Shown: positions 40,145 through 55,838 of the stretch, one piece after another
How the letters are laid out: every line of letters starts with the position of its first letter
How positions within the stretch are numbered: the first letter of the stretch is position 1
Assembly: GCA_951406725.2 (NCBI GenBank)
Contig: OX597827.1
Coordinates: 45,384,001 to 45,448,000 of the forward strand
Direction of reading: 5' to 3'
Origin: Octopus vulgaris
Lineage: Eukaryota
Length of the DNA stretch: 64,000 nt
Made by a program: the position numbers and the translations under genes
The notes under the pieces: model-generated
What the model was told of the DNA's origin: nothing
What the model saw: only the letters and a program-made list of their open reading frames with translations
Database searches by the model: none

Positions 40145-40639
40145 TATAGTAGAAAGAATTTCTATAATCATTTTCAACGCGAAGATGACGAGATAGCAGA
40201 ATCGTTAGCACGTTGGCCAAAAGGCTTTTCAGCATTTTGTCCGTCTTTACGTTCTGAGTTCAAATTCCACGGAGGTTGACTTTGCCATTCATCCTTTCAG
40301 TGTCGATTAAATAAGTACCAGTTGAGCACTTGTGTCGATGTAACTGACTCCGCCCCCTCCCCTCAAAACTGCTGGCCTTGTGTCAAAATTTGAAACCATT
40401 ATTGCTAACTCGGCAGGTTGGCAGCATCGTTATTACTTAGCGGTATTTGATCCAGGTCTTTACATTCTGAGTTCAAATCCTGCCAATGTTACCTTAACCT
40501 TGCATCCTTTCGGGATATAAAAAAATCAAGTAACCGCCAATTATTGGAGTCGACGTAATCGACTAAACTTCTGCTCCCGAATTGTTGGCCTTGTACCAAA
40601 ATTTGAAATGATTATTGATATTATTGCTTAGTTGGGAAC

Positions 40640-41410
40640 AGGGATGGAGCATCCGAATGGTACAGATCCCAGAAAATGTAGAACGCGTCAGACAAGCTTT
40701 GATAGGAGTCCAAATCGCTCTGCTCGGGGGTATTCCACTGAACTTGGCATCGGTAATCGATCAGTAAGGCGTATTTTGCATGAAGACCAGTATTTCCACT
40801 CGTACAAGTTGGTCATTGGGCAACAGTTGAAACTATGGGACTATGCACGGCGATTTAACTTTGCACGTCAAATAGAAGCAATTTTGGGGGCAAATGACAA
40901 CCTCATTTTGTTTAATGAGCGATGAAGCTCATTTTCATCTCAGTGGCATGGTGAATCAACAGAACTGTCGGTATTGGGCTCTTGAAAATCCAAGAGAACT
41001 ACACGAAAGACCACTGCACAGTCCCAAAATGACGGTCTGGTGTGCTGGTGGAAAAGCTGCCGCCATTGGTCCTTTCTTTTTTAAGACAATAATGGAAATA
41101 CCGTTACTGTGAACTCCGAGCGTTATACTGAGATGATAAACAACTTATTTTTAACTGAATTATGACGAAAACGTATGTCTATTCGACGTGTGTGGTTTCA
41201 GCAAGATGGGGCGACGGCCCACACAGCCAGAGCTTCACTGGACGTTCTTTGCCCTCTCTTCGGTGAGCACCTCATTTCCAGGTTTGCTGACATTCCTTGC
41301 CCCCCCCCCCCTCGGTCTTCTGATTTTTCCATGTGTGATAATTTCTTGTGGGGAAACCTCCAGGCACGTGTGTATGCGCATAAGCCCCGTACATTGGACA
41401 ATTTGAAGAA
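40640..41410 (+). pseudogene. Tc1/mariner transposase relic, DD41D (rosa/VS)-like
   Basis: SDEAHFHLSGMVNQQNCRYW...PLHSPK.TVWC...IGPFF; WFQQDGATAH...PPRSSDFSMCDNFLWG; D-D spacing is 43, or 41 without the two extra Pro from a poly-C expansion. Confidence 0.88.
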
Positions 41411-41511
41411 GCCTTTCGACTTATTTAGCAGTCCTGCTACAGATAACAACTCTGGAATACTGGATAGACATACACGTACATACGTATCTACACACACACA
41501 CACACACACGC

Positions 41512-41559
<48 letters not shown>

Positions 41560-41931
41560 TGTCTTCCGATAATCTTACTGACCAGGGATGAAGGGCTTGT
41601 TGTCCGCCCCTCTTGAAGGTTCTCTTTTTCTTGTATAGATATAATCTATAGCCTTCTTTCAGTTTCTGTCCATCATCTCCAGTCTCTGGCCTTTGATCAG
41701 ACAAAGGCTGCTGTAGAAAACACTTGTCTCAAGTGCCACGCAATGAGACTGAACACGGAACCATGTGGTTAGGAAGCAAACTTCTTACCACAGCCACGCC
41801 AGCGCCTACGTTTTATTTTTTAAAATCTGTTTTTATTCCTGTTTTATAAACGATAGACAAACCTCAGAAATTCTTTAATTCCCTTTAAATATTTCAGTTA
41901 TGGTACAACATGGCACACGACGAGAGAGCGA

Positions 41932-41965
<34 letters not shown>

Positions 41966-43052
41966 CAGACAGAAATAAAAAAGAAAAATGTGGAATTGGA
42001 GAATAATGACATTCTTTTTACTTGTTTCAGTCCTTTGACTGCGGCCATGCTGGGACAACCACCTTGAAGAATGAATCGACCCCAGTATGTTATTGAGCTT
42101 GGTGCTTATTCAGTCGGTCTCTATTGCGAAGCTGCTAGGTTACAGGATCGTAAACACACCAACACCGGTTGTCAAGCAGTGACATACACAGATACAAACA
42201 CACACACACACACACACATGAACATACACGAACACACGAACGCACACTCACTCACATATATACGATGGACTTCTTTCATTTTCCGTTTACCAAATCCTCT
42301 CACAAAGCTTTAGTCTATCCAAAGCTATAGTAGAAGACACTTTCTCAAGGTTCCACACAGTGGGACTGAACCCGGAATCATTTGGTTGGGAAACAAGCTT
42401 CTTACCACACAGCCAAATTCTATTTTCTCTCTCTTTTCTTTTTTCGGATACGAGCATGTTTCTGGCAATCAGGCTGACGTTCTTAATACATAAAAGTGTA
42501 TGGAAGCATGATACTTCTTTAGTGAGATAACAAAGAGAATCATCTGAGAATTTTACTGTTTATATTCTGTCTGATGATAAGACTAGATATTTAATGAAGC
42601 AACCGAAACATGAAGAACGCAACGTTGTCAATATGTTTGTCTAATATTTCACAAAACAAGCTCGAGTCACAGAAATTAAAATTAAATAAGAAAAGAGAAC
42701 CTTAAAAGTTAACATGTAGAAATGGAGTTTTGTAACTAGGCATAAAATAGATCGTAAATAAAACGAAAATATTTATTCTGTACAAATTGTAAAGCAGGTT
42801 ATTCGAAAGCAAATGATAAAAAGTAACAAATTTAGAGCAATAATAATATCTTGATAAACGTAAGTAAAACGAAGATTGTCAATTAACTACAGAATAAATA
42901 CGTGAATGTAGATGACCTTTTCCTTTTATGGATGTTTGATTCTCAGAGATAAGCGCCTTCCCGCAGAAGTTATAGAATATAGATGTCCTTATTACAATTT
43001 ATATGGCTTCATTTTATTTTCAAGTTTCTCTCTATGTGATTGCATTTGTATA

Positions 43053-43131
<79 letters not shown>

Positions 43132-43255
43132 TAGATGCATATATACATTTATATGTATAATGTATATATAAGTATATATATATGTATATATATATATATA
43201 TGAGATTCAGATGAATTATATACATATATATATATATAGGTATATATATATATGT

Positions 43256-43354
<99 letters not shown>

Positions 43355-43361
43355 CATATAC

Positions 43362-43918
<557 letters not shown>

Positions 43919-44233
43919 AAAGGATGTCTACAAATATGTGCGTGAATGAAAATAAAAACATTTACCATCTATCTCCTGGACCATGGTTTCTAGCTCTATA
44001 TGAGCAAATAAAATAAGTTGCTAGGCGGAGTTTTTATCAACAGGTGCGCTAAGGTTAAAATATAAACACGAGGCAATCCAGCATGTGCCCCGTGCTTGTA
44101 TTTTATAATTTTTCAAGTCTACCGCGTAACACCAGTTTTTCGTCGGCAGCAAATAAAAATAATGCCGGCGTTTCTTCGAAAATTAGGCGTATTGAATACA
44201 TATATACATATATGTAAACATAAATACATATAC

Positions 44234-44334
<101 letters not shown>

Positions 44335-45405
44335 TGTGAGGCGCAATGGCCTAGTGGTTAGGGCAGCGGACTCGCAGTCGTTGTGAGTGTTTATTGAGCG
44401 AAAACACCTAAAAGCTCCACGAGGCTCCGGCAGGGGGTGGTGATCCCTGCTGTACTCTTTCACCACTCTTTCTCCCACTTTCTTCTGTTGGCCTGCTCAC
44501 TTAGCCAGCGGGGTGGCGTCTTTCGAAGGCTAAAACAATGCGAACGCATTGTGACCAGCGATGTGTAACAACATCTGATGGTCTGGTCGGAAAAAAGAAA
44601 AAAAAAAGAATATACATATATATCCTTACAGATATATATAATTATCGTCATATAATCGTTTTTGTAGCCATGATGTTCTGGTGATCTGATGAGCTAGCTT
44701 TCTTTATTTGCATTAATTTGTGGATATACAATTGTAGTGCATAATAATGAGCAAACTTAATGCAAACATGTACGCATAATTTCTTCCACCGTGAAATTAA
44801 TGCTTGCATGATTACAGTTGCGAAACATCCGTAACCCTATCGGAGTTGCGTGTTTAAAATATATATATATTCACCTCTCATATCATTCGACATTTTAGTC
44901 TTAGGAATATAAATATTCATTAAAATATATGTATTTATATGCATTTACATATATATTATTATTATCTAAAATAGTTTGATTTTTTTATTCTAAGCCTAAA
45001 CGAGCCGGGTTTCTATTAGAAGCCTGCAAAACTTTACATATATACGTGGAACCGAGTCAAATTTTTAAAGCTATAATAATATATGTAACTCCTATTAAGC
45101 GTGTTGCGTGCTTTTTTCTTTCAATTGTGCACTCACACATATATATATTTATATATACACACATACATACATATAACTTTATATAATTATATATAGGCAT
45201 ACACACATATATACACATGCTCACGTACACACACACGCACACCCATCCACACACACGTGTACACACGCACACACGCACACACTTACACACACATACACTT
45301 AAAGTGCATGTTTGTGAGAGATCTGAAAGCAGGTAACGCTAACTGACACAGAACATGGTACAAATACCGAATCTACATATTTTTCCAAAAGAAATGAAAT
45401 TTGAC

Positions 45406-45445
45406 TGTCACATCGAAGTTTCGCCGGCAGCGACTCATCAGGACA
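45406..45445 (-). ncRNA. Hammerhead motif with canonical core and stem II, apparently lacking the cleavage-site nucleotide
   Basis: Reverse complement: tgtc-CTGATGA-gtcg ctgc cggc-GAAA-cttcgat-GT-gaca. Confidence 0.6.
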
Positions 45446-45920
45446 TAAAGCGAGAAAGTCGATGGCTGGCATAGATATTAGGTAGAGTAGGAGGAGTTAT
45501 GAGGCAATTGGGAGACAATAGGAAATAAGAGTTGCTACAATAGATAGAACGGATGGAGGAAAAGATAAGTTATAAAGAGAATAGTTAGCGAGATGGTAAG
45601 GATAGGTTTATATTCATACATAGAAATAAGCCTGCATATACCGATGTGAATGAACACCGGGTGACATTCGAGCAATATATAAATGTATACAAGTGGATAA
45701 ACATGTATGAACAATATCGTGTATATGTGTATAGAAATATAGATGTGTATATATACAAGTAAAACAAAATAGATCGTAGATAACAACTTACAAGAACTTC
45801 TCAAGCGACGTTAAGATGGAAGCAAAGGAGTGTAAATGTTGATAGGAATATAGGTATACAAACAGAAATGTAGTTACACTAGATACATCGGTTCTTAACT
45901 GTGTACTTGTGAGCTTCTAA

Positions 45921-45962
<42 letters not shown>

Positions 45963-45987
45963 ACTTATATATAATTACTTATAAATA

Positions 45988-46086
<99 letters not shown>

Positions 46087-49000
46087 CTTACGCGCACACA
46101 TGCGTATGTATGTATGTATGTATGTGTATACATGCATATACATTCACGATAGGTATTCGAGTGCGAGTCAGACGATATTTATAATAGGTATTTTATTTTT
46201 ACCATTATTTATATATTCTCTTGTAAGACACACACATGCATGCATGTAAACATATTTGTGTGTGTATATATATATATATATGTGGGGGGGGGGGAGGTGT
46301 ATATATATAAAAATATATACAGACATGCCTACATACATACATATTCACATATACATACATATAAATATACGTATGTATATGTATGTATATACGTATATAG
46401 ATATGTGTATATGTGAACATTTTTGAGTTTGTATGTTTGCATATATATATAGATTGAACTATGTATCTGTCTCTTTAATTCTCTCTCTAAGTATGTAAGT
46501 ATATTCATATATATATGTGTGTGTGTATGTTAAAATATACATGTGTGTTTATAAAGATATATAGACATATACCCACATATATTAACACTTAAACACACAC
46601 ACACACACATACATATATATGCATGCACATACATATACATACATATGCATACATACATACATACATACATACGTATAAATTTATGTATATACTTACAAAC
46701 GCACATACATACAATTACAAACAATGCATACATATACATATATACATACATACATACATACATATATATATTGGTGTGTTTGTGTAGATGTGTGTGTGCG
46801 TGTGTGCATGTGTGTGATTGTTAGCTGGAATGTCTAATATCAACATTTCCCATGTAAGTGTTCCAACATTTACAAATACAAGAGGTGCACCTTATCTACG
46901 ACCGTTTAAGAAGTCTGCTGTTGCATCAACAATCAGCCGGCCGTTTTTGTTCTTACGATTTAATAGGATTGCAGCCCACTTAAGAGTTGAAAGTTGTTAG
47001 ATTATATATATATATATAGCACGTAATGATACAGTCATGATATAGTTGATGATAGCGGAGACGATGGTGTGTGTTGTTAGTGATGGTTCTGATGATGATA
47101 ATAGAGGGAGTGCTGGAGACGGTAGTGGTGATGATAGTCGTAGGAGTAATGGTGGTTGTGGTGGTGGCTGAATCTCCGAAGGTCAATTTTCAAGACATCT
47201 TTCTGGAGCCGATAGCCGTGGCGGCGGCAGTGGTAGCCGTTTGAGTTGGTGATAAGAAGTTCTTCCTAAGTACAACTGCTATGGATTTTGAAAAAAAATT
47301 AAGAATTTGATGGAAGGAAGCTGTCAAATATAATATTTTATAGTCAGAGACAGCAGGGTAACGACCCTTGCTCATACCAGTCTTGAAAGCTCCTCTCTCT
47401 GGGACCTTACAAATTGGTAAGAGGAACAGTAGACTTGATACGAATTCTTTCAATAAAGTGGACCCCACTAGTATTTAATTGGGTTATTGTATTACATCTC
47501 GTTCCCCCAAACAGAAACTGGCCCTTCCGAAGGTCTTCCTCATAGAAAATTCGCTCACAAAGATTTCGGTCGACTCGAGATTTGCTCAATGTTCTGTGGA
47601 GTTAGATAGAATGGCTGAAAATTCTTTGCGTAGGAGTGGCTGTGTGGTAAGTAGCTTGCTTACCAACCACATGGTTCCGGGTTCAGTCCCACTGCGCGGT
47701 ACCTTGGGCAAGTGTCTTCTACTATAGCCTCGGGCCAACCAAAGCTTTGTGAGTGGATTTGTCGATAAAATAAAGTACCAGTCCAGCTGGTTGGTGAATT
47801 GGCGAATTTATTAGAGCGATGTCCGAAATACTACTTTCGAGGGCAGTAAAAAGCAATTAATGAAGTACCATGGACAGTGCCATTCTCTCCGTCACTAAAC
47901 AGGAAAGCAACCTTCACTCACCACCCACCAATTCTAAACAAAGCAATTAGGTTGACATTGGACGTTATGGACAAGCGGGGTCAGTAACGGGTTGTCTCCT
48001 TCATCTTTATTTCTTTTCAAAATATCCATTTCTTCCTTTCTCGAGCTATTCTACCCTCTGATGCCCTCTTCTTCTCCACCTTACACGATGCTTTGCCGGC
48101 TAATCCCGTCGATGTTGCTAGACCACGCTTAAATCCTTACTTCATACGCAAAAGGTGGTCGATCGGTGTTGGGGGCGGTGGTCAGTGGAATGCCGTTTGG
48201 ACACAAACCTAGGTTGGACCAACCTAGTTTGGATCGAGGTACTTCGATACGGGTATATGTTTTAACACCCGCGACATTCAGTGACACCAGGATACATCAC
48301 AGACGATGTGTATAATTACTGCATCTGTATGAAATAAAAATTACTGATGAAAGCATGCAGTTTAACGGGTGGTGGGGCAGCTGATTAAATCAACCCCAGT
48401 ACTTGACCTATGCTTATTATATCAGCCCATTGAGGATAAAATGCAGATACAAAATCGCTCACGAAGAGATTTGAACTCGTAACGTGAAGGTGATATAATC
48501 ATATGCTCTAAGGCATTTTCTCCTCTGCACTTAATCTGACAATCCTTAAACCCGACGAAGGCGACAGCTGTGAATCCCATAAGTCATGAGAAGAGAAAGG
48601 CCTTCACACATTAATTAATTAAGAAGCCATCAACGCGCTAACGAGGCAGAACCACTCAAGAACTGAAATGAAATATGAAAGCAGATTATTATCAAACGGA
48701 AGATAGAAGGGAATATTTCAATCGGTGACCGACAAAAATAATTTCATATTTGAAATTTGAAACAACGTACGAGTATAAAGAAACAGGCTTTGCTTACCTT
48801 CTGCGAAAACTGTAAATGTGTGTGTGTGTGTGTGTGCATGTGTACTTGTTTGTGAAGGCACGTGACTTTGTTTGGGTATTCACTTCACGATCATAAGTGC
48901 GTGAGTTCGATTCCTGGTGATGTGTTGTGTCCTTGAGCAAGACACTGTATTTCACGTTGCTTCTGTGCATTCCGTGTCACGCTGATTCTCCATGAGAACG

Positions 49001-49702
49001 ACGTTTAAGGGTACAGCTATCCGTGGTGTGCTCAGCCACTTACACGGTAATTTCACGAGCAGGCTGTTCCGTTGATCAGATCAACAGGTACCCATGTGGT
49101 CGTAAACGTGCCAGTTGTGTATGTATGTATGTATGTATGTATGTATGTATGTATGTATGTATGTATGTATGTATGTATGTACGTATGTACGTATGTACGT
49201 ACGTATGTATGTATGTATGTATGTATGTATGTATGTATGTATGTATGTATGTATGTATGCATGCATGCATGCATGCATGTATGTATGTATGTATGTATGT
49301 ATGTATGTATGTATGTATGTATAAATAAATAAAAGGCGATCTAGCAGAATCGGTAACACGCCGCTACGTTCTGAGTTCAAATTCCGCCGAGGTCGACTTT
49401 GCCTTTCATGCTTTCGTGGTCGATTAATTAAATACCAGTCAAGTACTGAGTCGATGTAATCCCTACAAATTCCAGGCCTTGTGCCTATAGTGGAAAGGAA
49501 ATATATATATGTGTATATGTATATATGTATGGATTGAAAATTAATATAGACAGCTCTGTGCAATGTTTTACCAAAAAGGAAAACTATAATTGTCGCTAAA
49601 TATGACAAGGGTGCAAGAACACCTTGATTGCTAGAAATAAGAGCTAAAATTATCTAATGCTGCTGTCAAAGCATATAATTGTATACATACATACACACGC
49701 AA

Positions 49703-49756
<54 letters not shown>

Positions 49757-49900
49757 ACATACACATAAATATCAATATTTGGTTTTATGTCAAGTTATGT
49801 ATGAAAACAATTTTATATTAACCCGAAAGATTACTCAATACTTTTTGACAAGGTACAGGTCCAATTTTTTTTTTACAAAAGTTTGTCAGTGACTTCGAAG

Positions 49901-49937
<37 letters not shown>

Positions 49938-49944
49938 TGTGTGG

Positions 49945-51105
49945 TAGTCGTTTGCATCGATCCCAGTGCTCAACTGGTATTCATTTTATTGACCCCGAAA
50001 AGATGAAAAATATAGTCGACTTCGGTCGTATTTGAACTCACAAGATGGACGAAATGCCGCAAAAAATTTTGCCCAACATGCCAACGATTCTGTCAGCTCA
50101 CCGCCTTATTTCTGTCATTCAATATTGATTTCAAATTTTGGCATAAGGCCAGCAATTTCGGGTGGAATGGGTTAAGTCGATTACATCTACCCCAGTGCCC
50201 AGTCAGATGGATGAAAGAATGAAAGGCAAAGTTGACCTTTGCGGAATTTGAGCCCAGAACGGGAAGACGGACGGACGAAATGTAGCTAAAGATTCTTCCA
50301 TCTTTTAATACTGGTCTCAAAATTTGGCATAATTTCGAGGAAGCGGGTAAGTCGATTACACTGACCGCTGAGCTCAACTAGTACTTATTATGAATGCCAA
50401 AGTGGACCTTCGTGGAATTTCAGCTTAGAACGTTGAGCATTTTTTCCACGTTCTGCCAGATAGCCGCTTTACTATCTTTTAATATTGGCACAAAGCCAGG
50501 AATTTTGGTGGGAGGGTGCTAGTCGATGTAATCGACCTCAGTGTTCAACTGGTACTTAATTTATCGATCCCTGAAAGGATGAAAGTCAAAGTCAACCTCG
50601 GCGGGATTTGAACCCAGAGCGTGCAGACAGACGAAATACCGCTGTGCATTTCGCCTGGAGTGCTAACATTTCTGCCAGCTCGCCGACTTAGTAACCTTTA
50701 AATATTCTTTTCTACTCTAGGTACAAGGCCCGAAATTTTGGGGGAGGGGACCAGTCGATTAAATCTACCCCAGTACGTAACTGGTACTTAATTTATCGAC
50801 CCCAAAAGGATGAAAGGCAAAGTTGACCTCGGCGGAATTTGAACTCAGAACGTAAAGACAGACGAAATACCTATTTCTTTACTACCCACAAGGCACTAAA
50901 CACAGAGAGGACAAACAAGGACAGACAAAGGGATTAAGTCGATTACATCGACCCCAGTACGTAACTGGTACTTAATTTATCGACCCCGAAAGGATGAAAG
51001 GCAAAGTTGACCTCGGCGGAATTTGAACTCAGAACGTAGCGGCAGACGAAATACGGCTACGCATTTCGCCCAGCGTGCTAACGTGTCTGCCAGCTCACTA
51101 CCTTA
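49945..51105 (-). mobile_element. Tandem array of ~6 SINE family B copies
   Basis: Head-to-tail family B units. Confidence 0.85.
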
Positions 51106-51339
51106 CTGTCTTTTAATATTGAGAAGCAAAATATTGGTTAGATCGTCTGAAAACATGCTTTGCGGCATTTGTTTTGGTGCTTTACGTCCTGAGTTCGAAT
51201 CCTACCGAAATCAGTTTCGCCTTTCATCCTTTCAAAGCAATTACTTGGGTCAATGATATCGATTTATTCCCTTTCCTCAAAATTACTGGCCTTGGGCCTA
51301 AATCAGAAATCAATATTTATAAAAATGAAAAAGGAAAAC

Positions 51340-51963
51340 AACAACAAAAACATTAACAACAAAGATAACAATAGAAACGGCTACCACCACCACCATCACC
51401 ACCATCACTAAAACATCAGCAATAATAACAACAGCAACAACAGAACGGCAACAACAACAACAACAACAACAGTTACAAAAAACAAGACAAGAGAAAGAAC
51501 CAGCAACAAACAACAAAAACAAAATCACCACCAACAACAGTAACAAGAAGCAACCATAGACACAACAGTAACAGTACAAATACCACCACTACTATCACTA
51601 CCACTATCACCACTACTACCACCACCACCACCACCACCACCGCCACTGCCACCACCACCACTACCACCATTACCGCTACCACCACTGCCATCACCATCGT
51701 TACCGCCGTTATCACCACCACCACCACCACCACCACCACCACCACCACCACCATCATCATCACCACCAGCCCCATTACTGCCATTGCCACACCGCCTCCA
51801 CCATCACCACCACCACAACCATCACCATTTTCTCCGCTACCCCACACCAACACCACCACCACCACCACTACCACCATTACCACTACCACTACTGCCATCA
51901 CCATCACCACCACCACCTCCTCCGCTACCCTACACCACCACCACCACCACCACCACCACCACC

Positions 51964-52039
<76 letters not shown>

Positions 52040-52050
52040 TTGCTGCCATC
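51340..52050. repeat. (AAC)n/(CAC)n/(ACT)n field
   Basis: Direct reading; a complementary (GGT)n field lies at 52560-53050. Confidence 0.9.
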
Positions 52051-53334
52051 ATAGTAACAGCAATACTTCCACGGTTTCCGTTTTTTTTTAAATAGACAAA
52101 CACAAGACCGATTTGTTACGTGTAAAGCAAACGTGGGTCTTTTTTTAACAAAGAAAAAAAATGTTGAAGGTTGAAGAATACCGTTGTTCTTTTTTCTTTT
52201 TTTTATCCATCCATCACCCATCCTTTTGTGAACACCACTCCTCTCATCCAAACATACACGCACACCAAATAAAATAAAATAAAATGAAATAATTAAACAA
52301 ATAAAATGAAGCAAAGAATAGAAATAACAGAGAAGAAATGTCCAAAACAGAATCAAAAACCTCGGAAAGACAATTACAACAAATAAACAGAGAGAAAAGG
52401 AAATGACAGCACAATATGATGTAAAGACGAAAGGAAAGAGGAGAGATAAGAATGGTTGGCGAAGTGGCGTTTAAACTCTATCATTAAGGGTTACCTGAGA
52501 GAGTTTTCAGAAGTGAATTAATTAATGCAAGAAGATCGATCTAATTCAGGAACGGTGGGGGTGGGGGGACGGGAGAGGTAGTGGGGATGGTGTCGGTGGT
52601 AAGGGTAGTGATTGTAGTGGTGGCAGTTGTGGTGGTGGTGACGGTAGTTGCGGTGGTAGGTGGTGATACATGGTGGCTAATAGGTTCTAAAGATGGCGAT
52701 GGTTGTGGTGATTATAGTGGTGGTGGTGGTGGTGGTGGTGGTGGTGATAGTGGTGGTCATGGTGTTGGTGACGGTTGTTGAAGTTCACAGAGTAGGGGTT
52801 TTGCCGAGACGGATAGTCGTGGTGGTGGTGGTGGTGGTGGTGATGGTGTTAGTGGTGGATGTGGCATTTTACAAATGGCGGTGGTTCTGATGGCGTCCAT
52901 GATTGCGGTGGTGGTTGTGGTGATAGTAGTTGTGGCAATGGTGGTGGTGGTGGGGTTTGCGTCGGTGTTGATGGTGGTGTTGGTCGTTGTTGGGGTTTAA
53001 CGGTAGCGGTGTTTACGGTGAAATCGATGAAGGTAGTAAGTAGTAGTAGTGGTGTGAAAATGAAACATTTTCCATCCTAAGAATTAATCTTTCTTCACAA
53101 TACTGGCCACCACCATTGATTCATCCCCTAAACACCGCCTTCTTCAAAACCCAATAACCACCCCAACCGCCGCCATCCTTAAAACTCCACATTATCACTA
53201 CTGCAATTACCACCCCACGATCACAACCACCCCTCGCTTTAAACTCCACCACTACCACCACTACCATCACCACTGTTGCCGACACGGTAGAAGGTCAGCA
53301 TGAACCGGAAGTATCCAAATTATCTTCTTTTATA

Positions 53335-53960
53335 TTGACTTCAAATTTTGGCCCCAAACCAGCAATTTTAGGGAATGGGTTTGTGGATTACATTGACCCC
53401 AGTGTTCAACTGGTACTTATTTTATTGACCCCGAAAAAAAAAAAATGAAAGGTAAAGTTTACATCGGCAGAATTTGAACTCGGAGCGTAAAGACAGACAA
53501 AATGCCGAGAGGCATGCTCGGCGCGTTAATGACTCTTCCAGTTCGCTGCCTTAAATCGTTTTTAATAATGGTTTCAAATTATTGCCACAAGGGCAACTAG
53601 GGGAAGGGGATTAAGCCGATTGCATCGATCTCAGTGCGTAACTGGTACTTATTTAATCGACCCCGAAAGGATGAAAGGCAAAGTTGATCTCGGCGGAATT
53701 TGAACTCAGAACGTAGCGGCAGACGAAATACCTATTTCTTTACTACCCACAAGGGGCTAAACACTGAGAAGACAAACAAGGACAGACACACGGATTAAGT
53801 CGATTACATCGACCCCAGTGCGTAACTGGTACTTATTTTATCGACCCCGAAAGGATGAACGTCAAAGTCGACCTGGGCGGAATTTGAACTCAGAACGTAA
53901 CGGCAGACGAAATACCGCTAAGCATTTCGTCCGGCGTGCTAACGATTCTGCCAGCTCACT
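53335..53960 (-). mobile_element. Tandem SINE family B copies
   Basis: Three units, including the dimer junction at ~53730. Confidence 0.85.
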
Positions 53961-54039
53961 GGTGCTATTCCTTTATAGTTATATTATAATAGTTACTTCA
54001 TTGGTTGATTTCTCTAGTTCCGTTTCACATCTTGGGATG

Positions 54040-54168
<129 letters not shown>

Positions 54169-54489
54169 GTAAAGCGAGACGCAGAAGCGGTTAACGAAAT
54201 AGGTGCGGTTGAGAATTTTATTACTGCCTCAAAAATTAGATTTTTAAAAGTAAAATTCGCAGAAATACGTTTTCAACTAAAGAGATTGCGATTATCTTCT
54301 TTTGATCTTTAATTGTTTCAGTCATTAGACTGCGTGGCACCTTGGGCAGGTGTTCTCTAGTATATAACCCCGGGCCGACCAAACCTTTTGACCAGATTTG
54401 GTTGACTGGAACTGAAAGAAGTCCATAGTAAATATATTTTTATGTGTGTGTGTGTGTATGTGTGTGTGTGTGTGTGCGTGCGTGCGTAA

Positions 54490-54885
54490 TCTTTATATAT
54501 AAAAGAGAGGTTGTGTGCTGTCTGTCTCCTACGATTTAGATTCCTAACTACTCCCACATTTTGCGGTGCAGTTTAACCAAAACCGGATATCTTATAGTCG
54601 TGATTCATATCGAGCCCTTCTGGGTATTAGCGCGCGTCTACGATGAGTCTATGATTAAAAAAAAAAATTACCATCAATTTTTCCCATTTTTAATGCATTT
54701 TTGGCATATATAAGGGAAGTAACTCTCTAAAAATTTATTATTAAATCTCAGAACGTAAAAAGCTACAGTAAACCCCCTTCTTTGTGGTTAGCCATATTGA
54801 GATGGCTATTATACTTTACATCTCTAAAAATGCTTATATAGTTATTTCCCTTACAAACCCGAGCAACGCCGGGCGATACTGCTAG
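54490..54885 (+). mobile_element. Non-autonomous Helitron
   Basis: a|TCtttatatataaaa 5' end; 3' hairpin cccgagcaacgccggg (54858-54873) then CTAG|t; A|T target with no TSD. Confidence 0.85.
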
Positions 54886-54896
54886 TATATAATATA

Positions 54897-55425
54897 ATAT
54901 TGGGTCATCCCATAAGTAATGCGGTTTTTTTTCAATTGGATGAATTAAAAGTCGGAGGAGAACGGGACAAACTACCTGCATCAACTAGCTATTAAAGCAG
55001 GTAGTAATTTTACCTTGTCCTTATTCTTAGTGCAAGTTTTGAAGAGTGCAGTTCGATTTTAACAGTTATTTTTTTCCAAAGCTATAATGGAAGTGACAAA
55101 AGAGCATATTCGGCATATTTTGCTTTATGACCAGTCATTCAAGTCAGCGCTAGAAGAAAAACGACCATCTTTGGTTTCAAGGCGAAATGTGTTCTTCCAT
55201 CAGGATAATGCTCGGCTACATACTACGAGGATGGTATACCAAAGCTTGGAGCAGTTTGAATGGGAAAGGATGCCCCAACCAACACATTTGCTGGATATTG
55301 TCCCATCTGATTAACATTTATTCTGCAGTCTTCAAAATCATTTGGGCGGAAAAAAATATGAATTCTGTTCAGCAACAGCTTGATGTAGTGATGAACTGTC
55401 AACGGCGTTGGAGAGCATAAGTCTA
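54897..55425 (+). pseudogene. Internally deleted mariner (DD34D-type) relic
   Basis: TIR-like tattgggtcatcccataagtaatgcggtttt; MEVTKEHIRHILLY fused to LEEKRPSLVSRRNVFFHQDNARLH...WE.MP.P...DIVPSD. Confidence 0.85.
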
Positions 55426-55428
55426 ACT

Positions 55429-55838
55429 GGCGCAGAAGTGGCTGTGTGGTAAGTAGCTTGCTAACCAATCACATGGTTCCGGGTTCAGTCCCACTGCGTG
55501 GCATCTTGGGCAAGTGTCTTCTGCTATAGCCCCGGGCCGACCAATGCCTTGTGAGTGGATTTGGTAGACGGAAACTGAAAGAAGCCTGTCGTATATATGA
55601 TGTATATATATATGTGTGTGTGTATGTGTTTGTGTGTCTGTGTTTGTCCCCCTAGCATTGCTTGACAGCCGATGCTGGTGTGTTTACGTCCCCGTTACTT
55701 AGCGGTTCGGCAAAAGAGACCGATAAAATAAGTACTGGGCTTACAAAGAATAAGTCCCGGGGTAGATTTGCTCGACTAAAAGGCGGTGCTCCAGCATGGC
55801 CGCAGTCAAATGACTGAAACAAGTAAAAGAGTAAAGAG
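55429..55838 (+). mobile_element. Full-length SINE family A
   Basis: Near-identical to 43475-43874. Confidence 0.9.
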
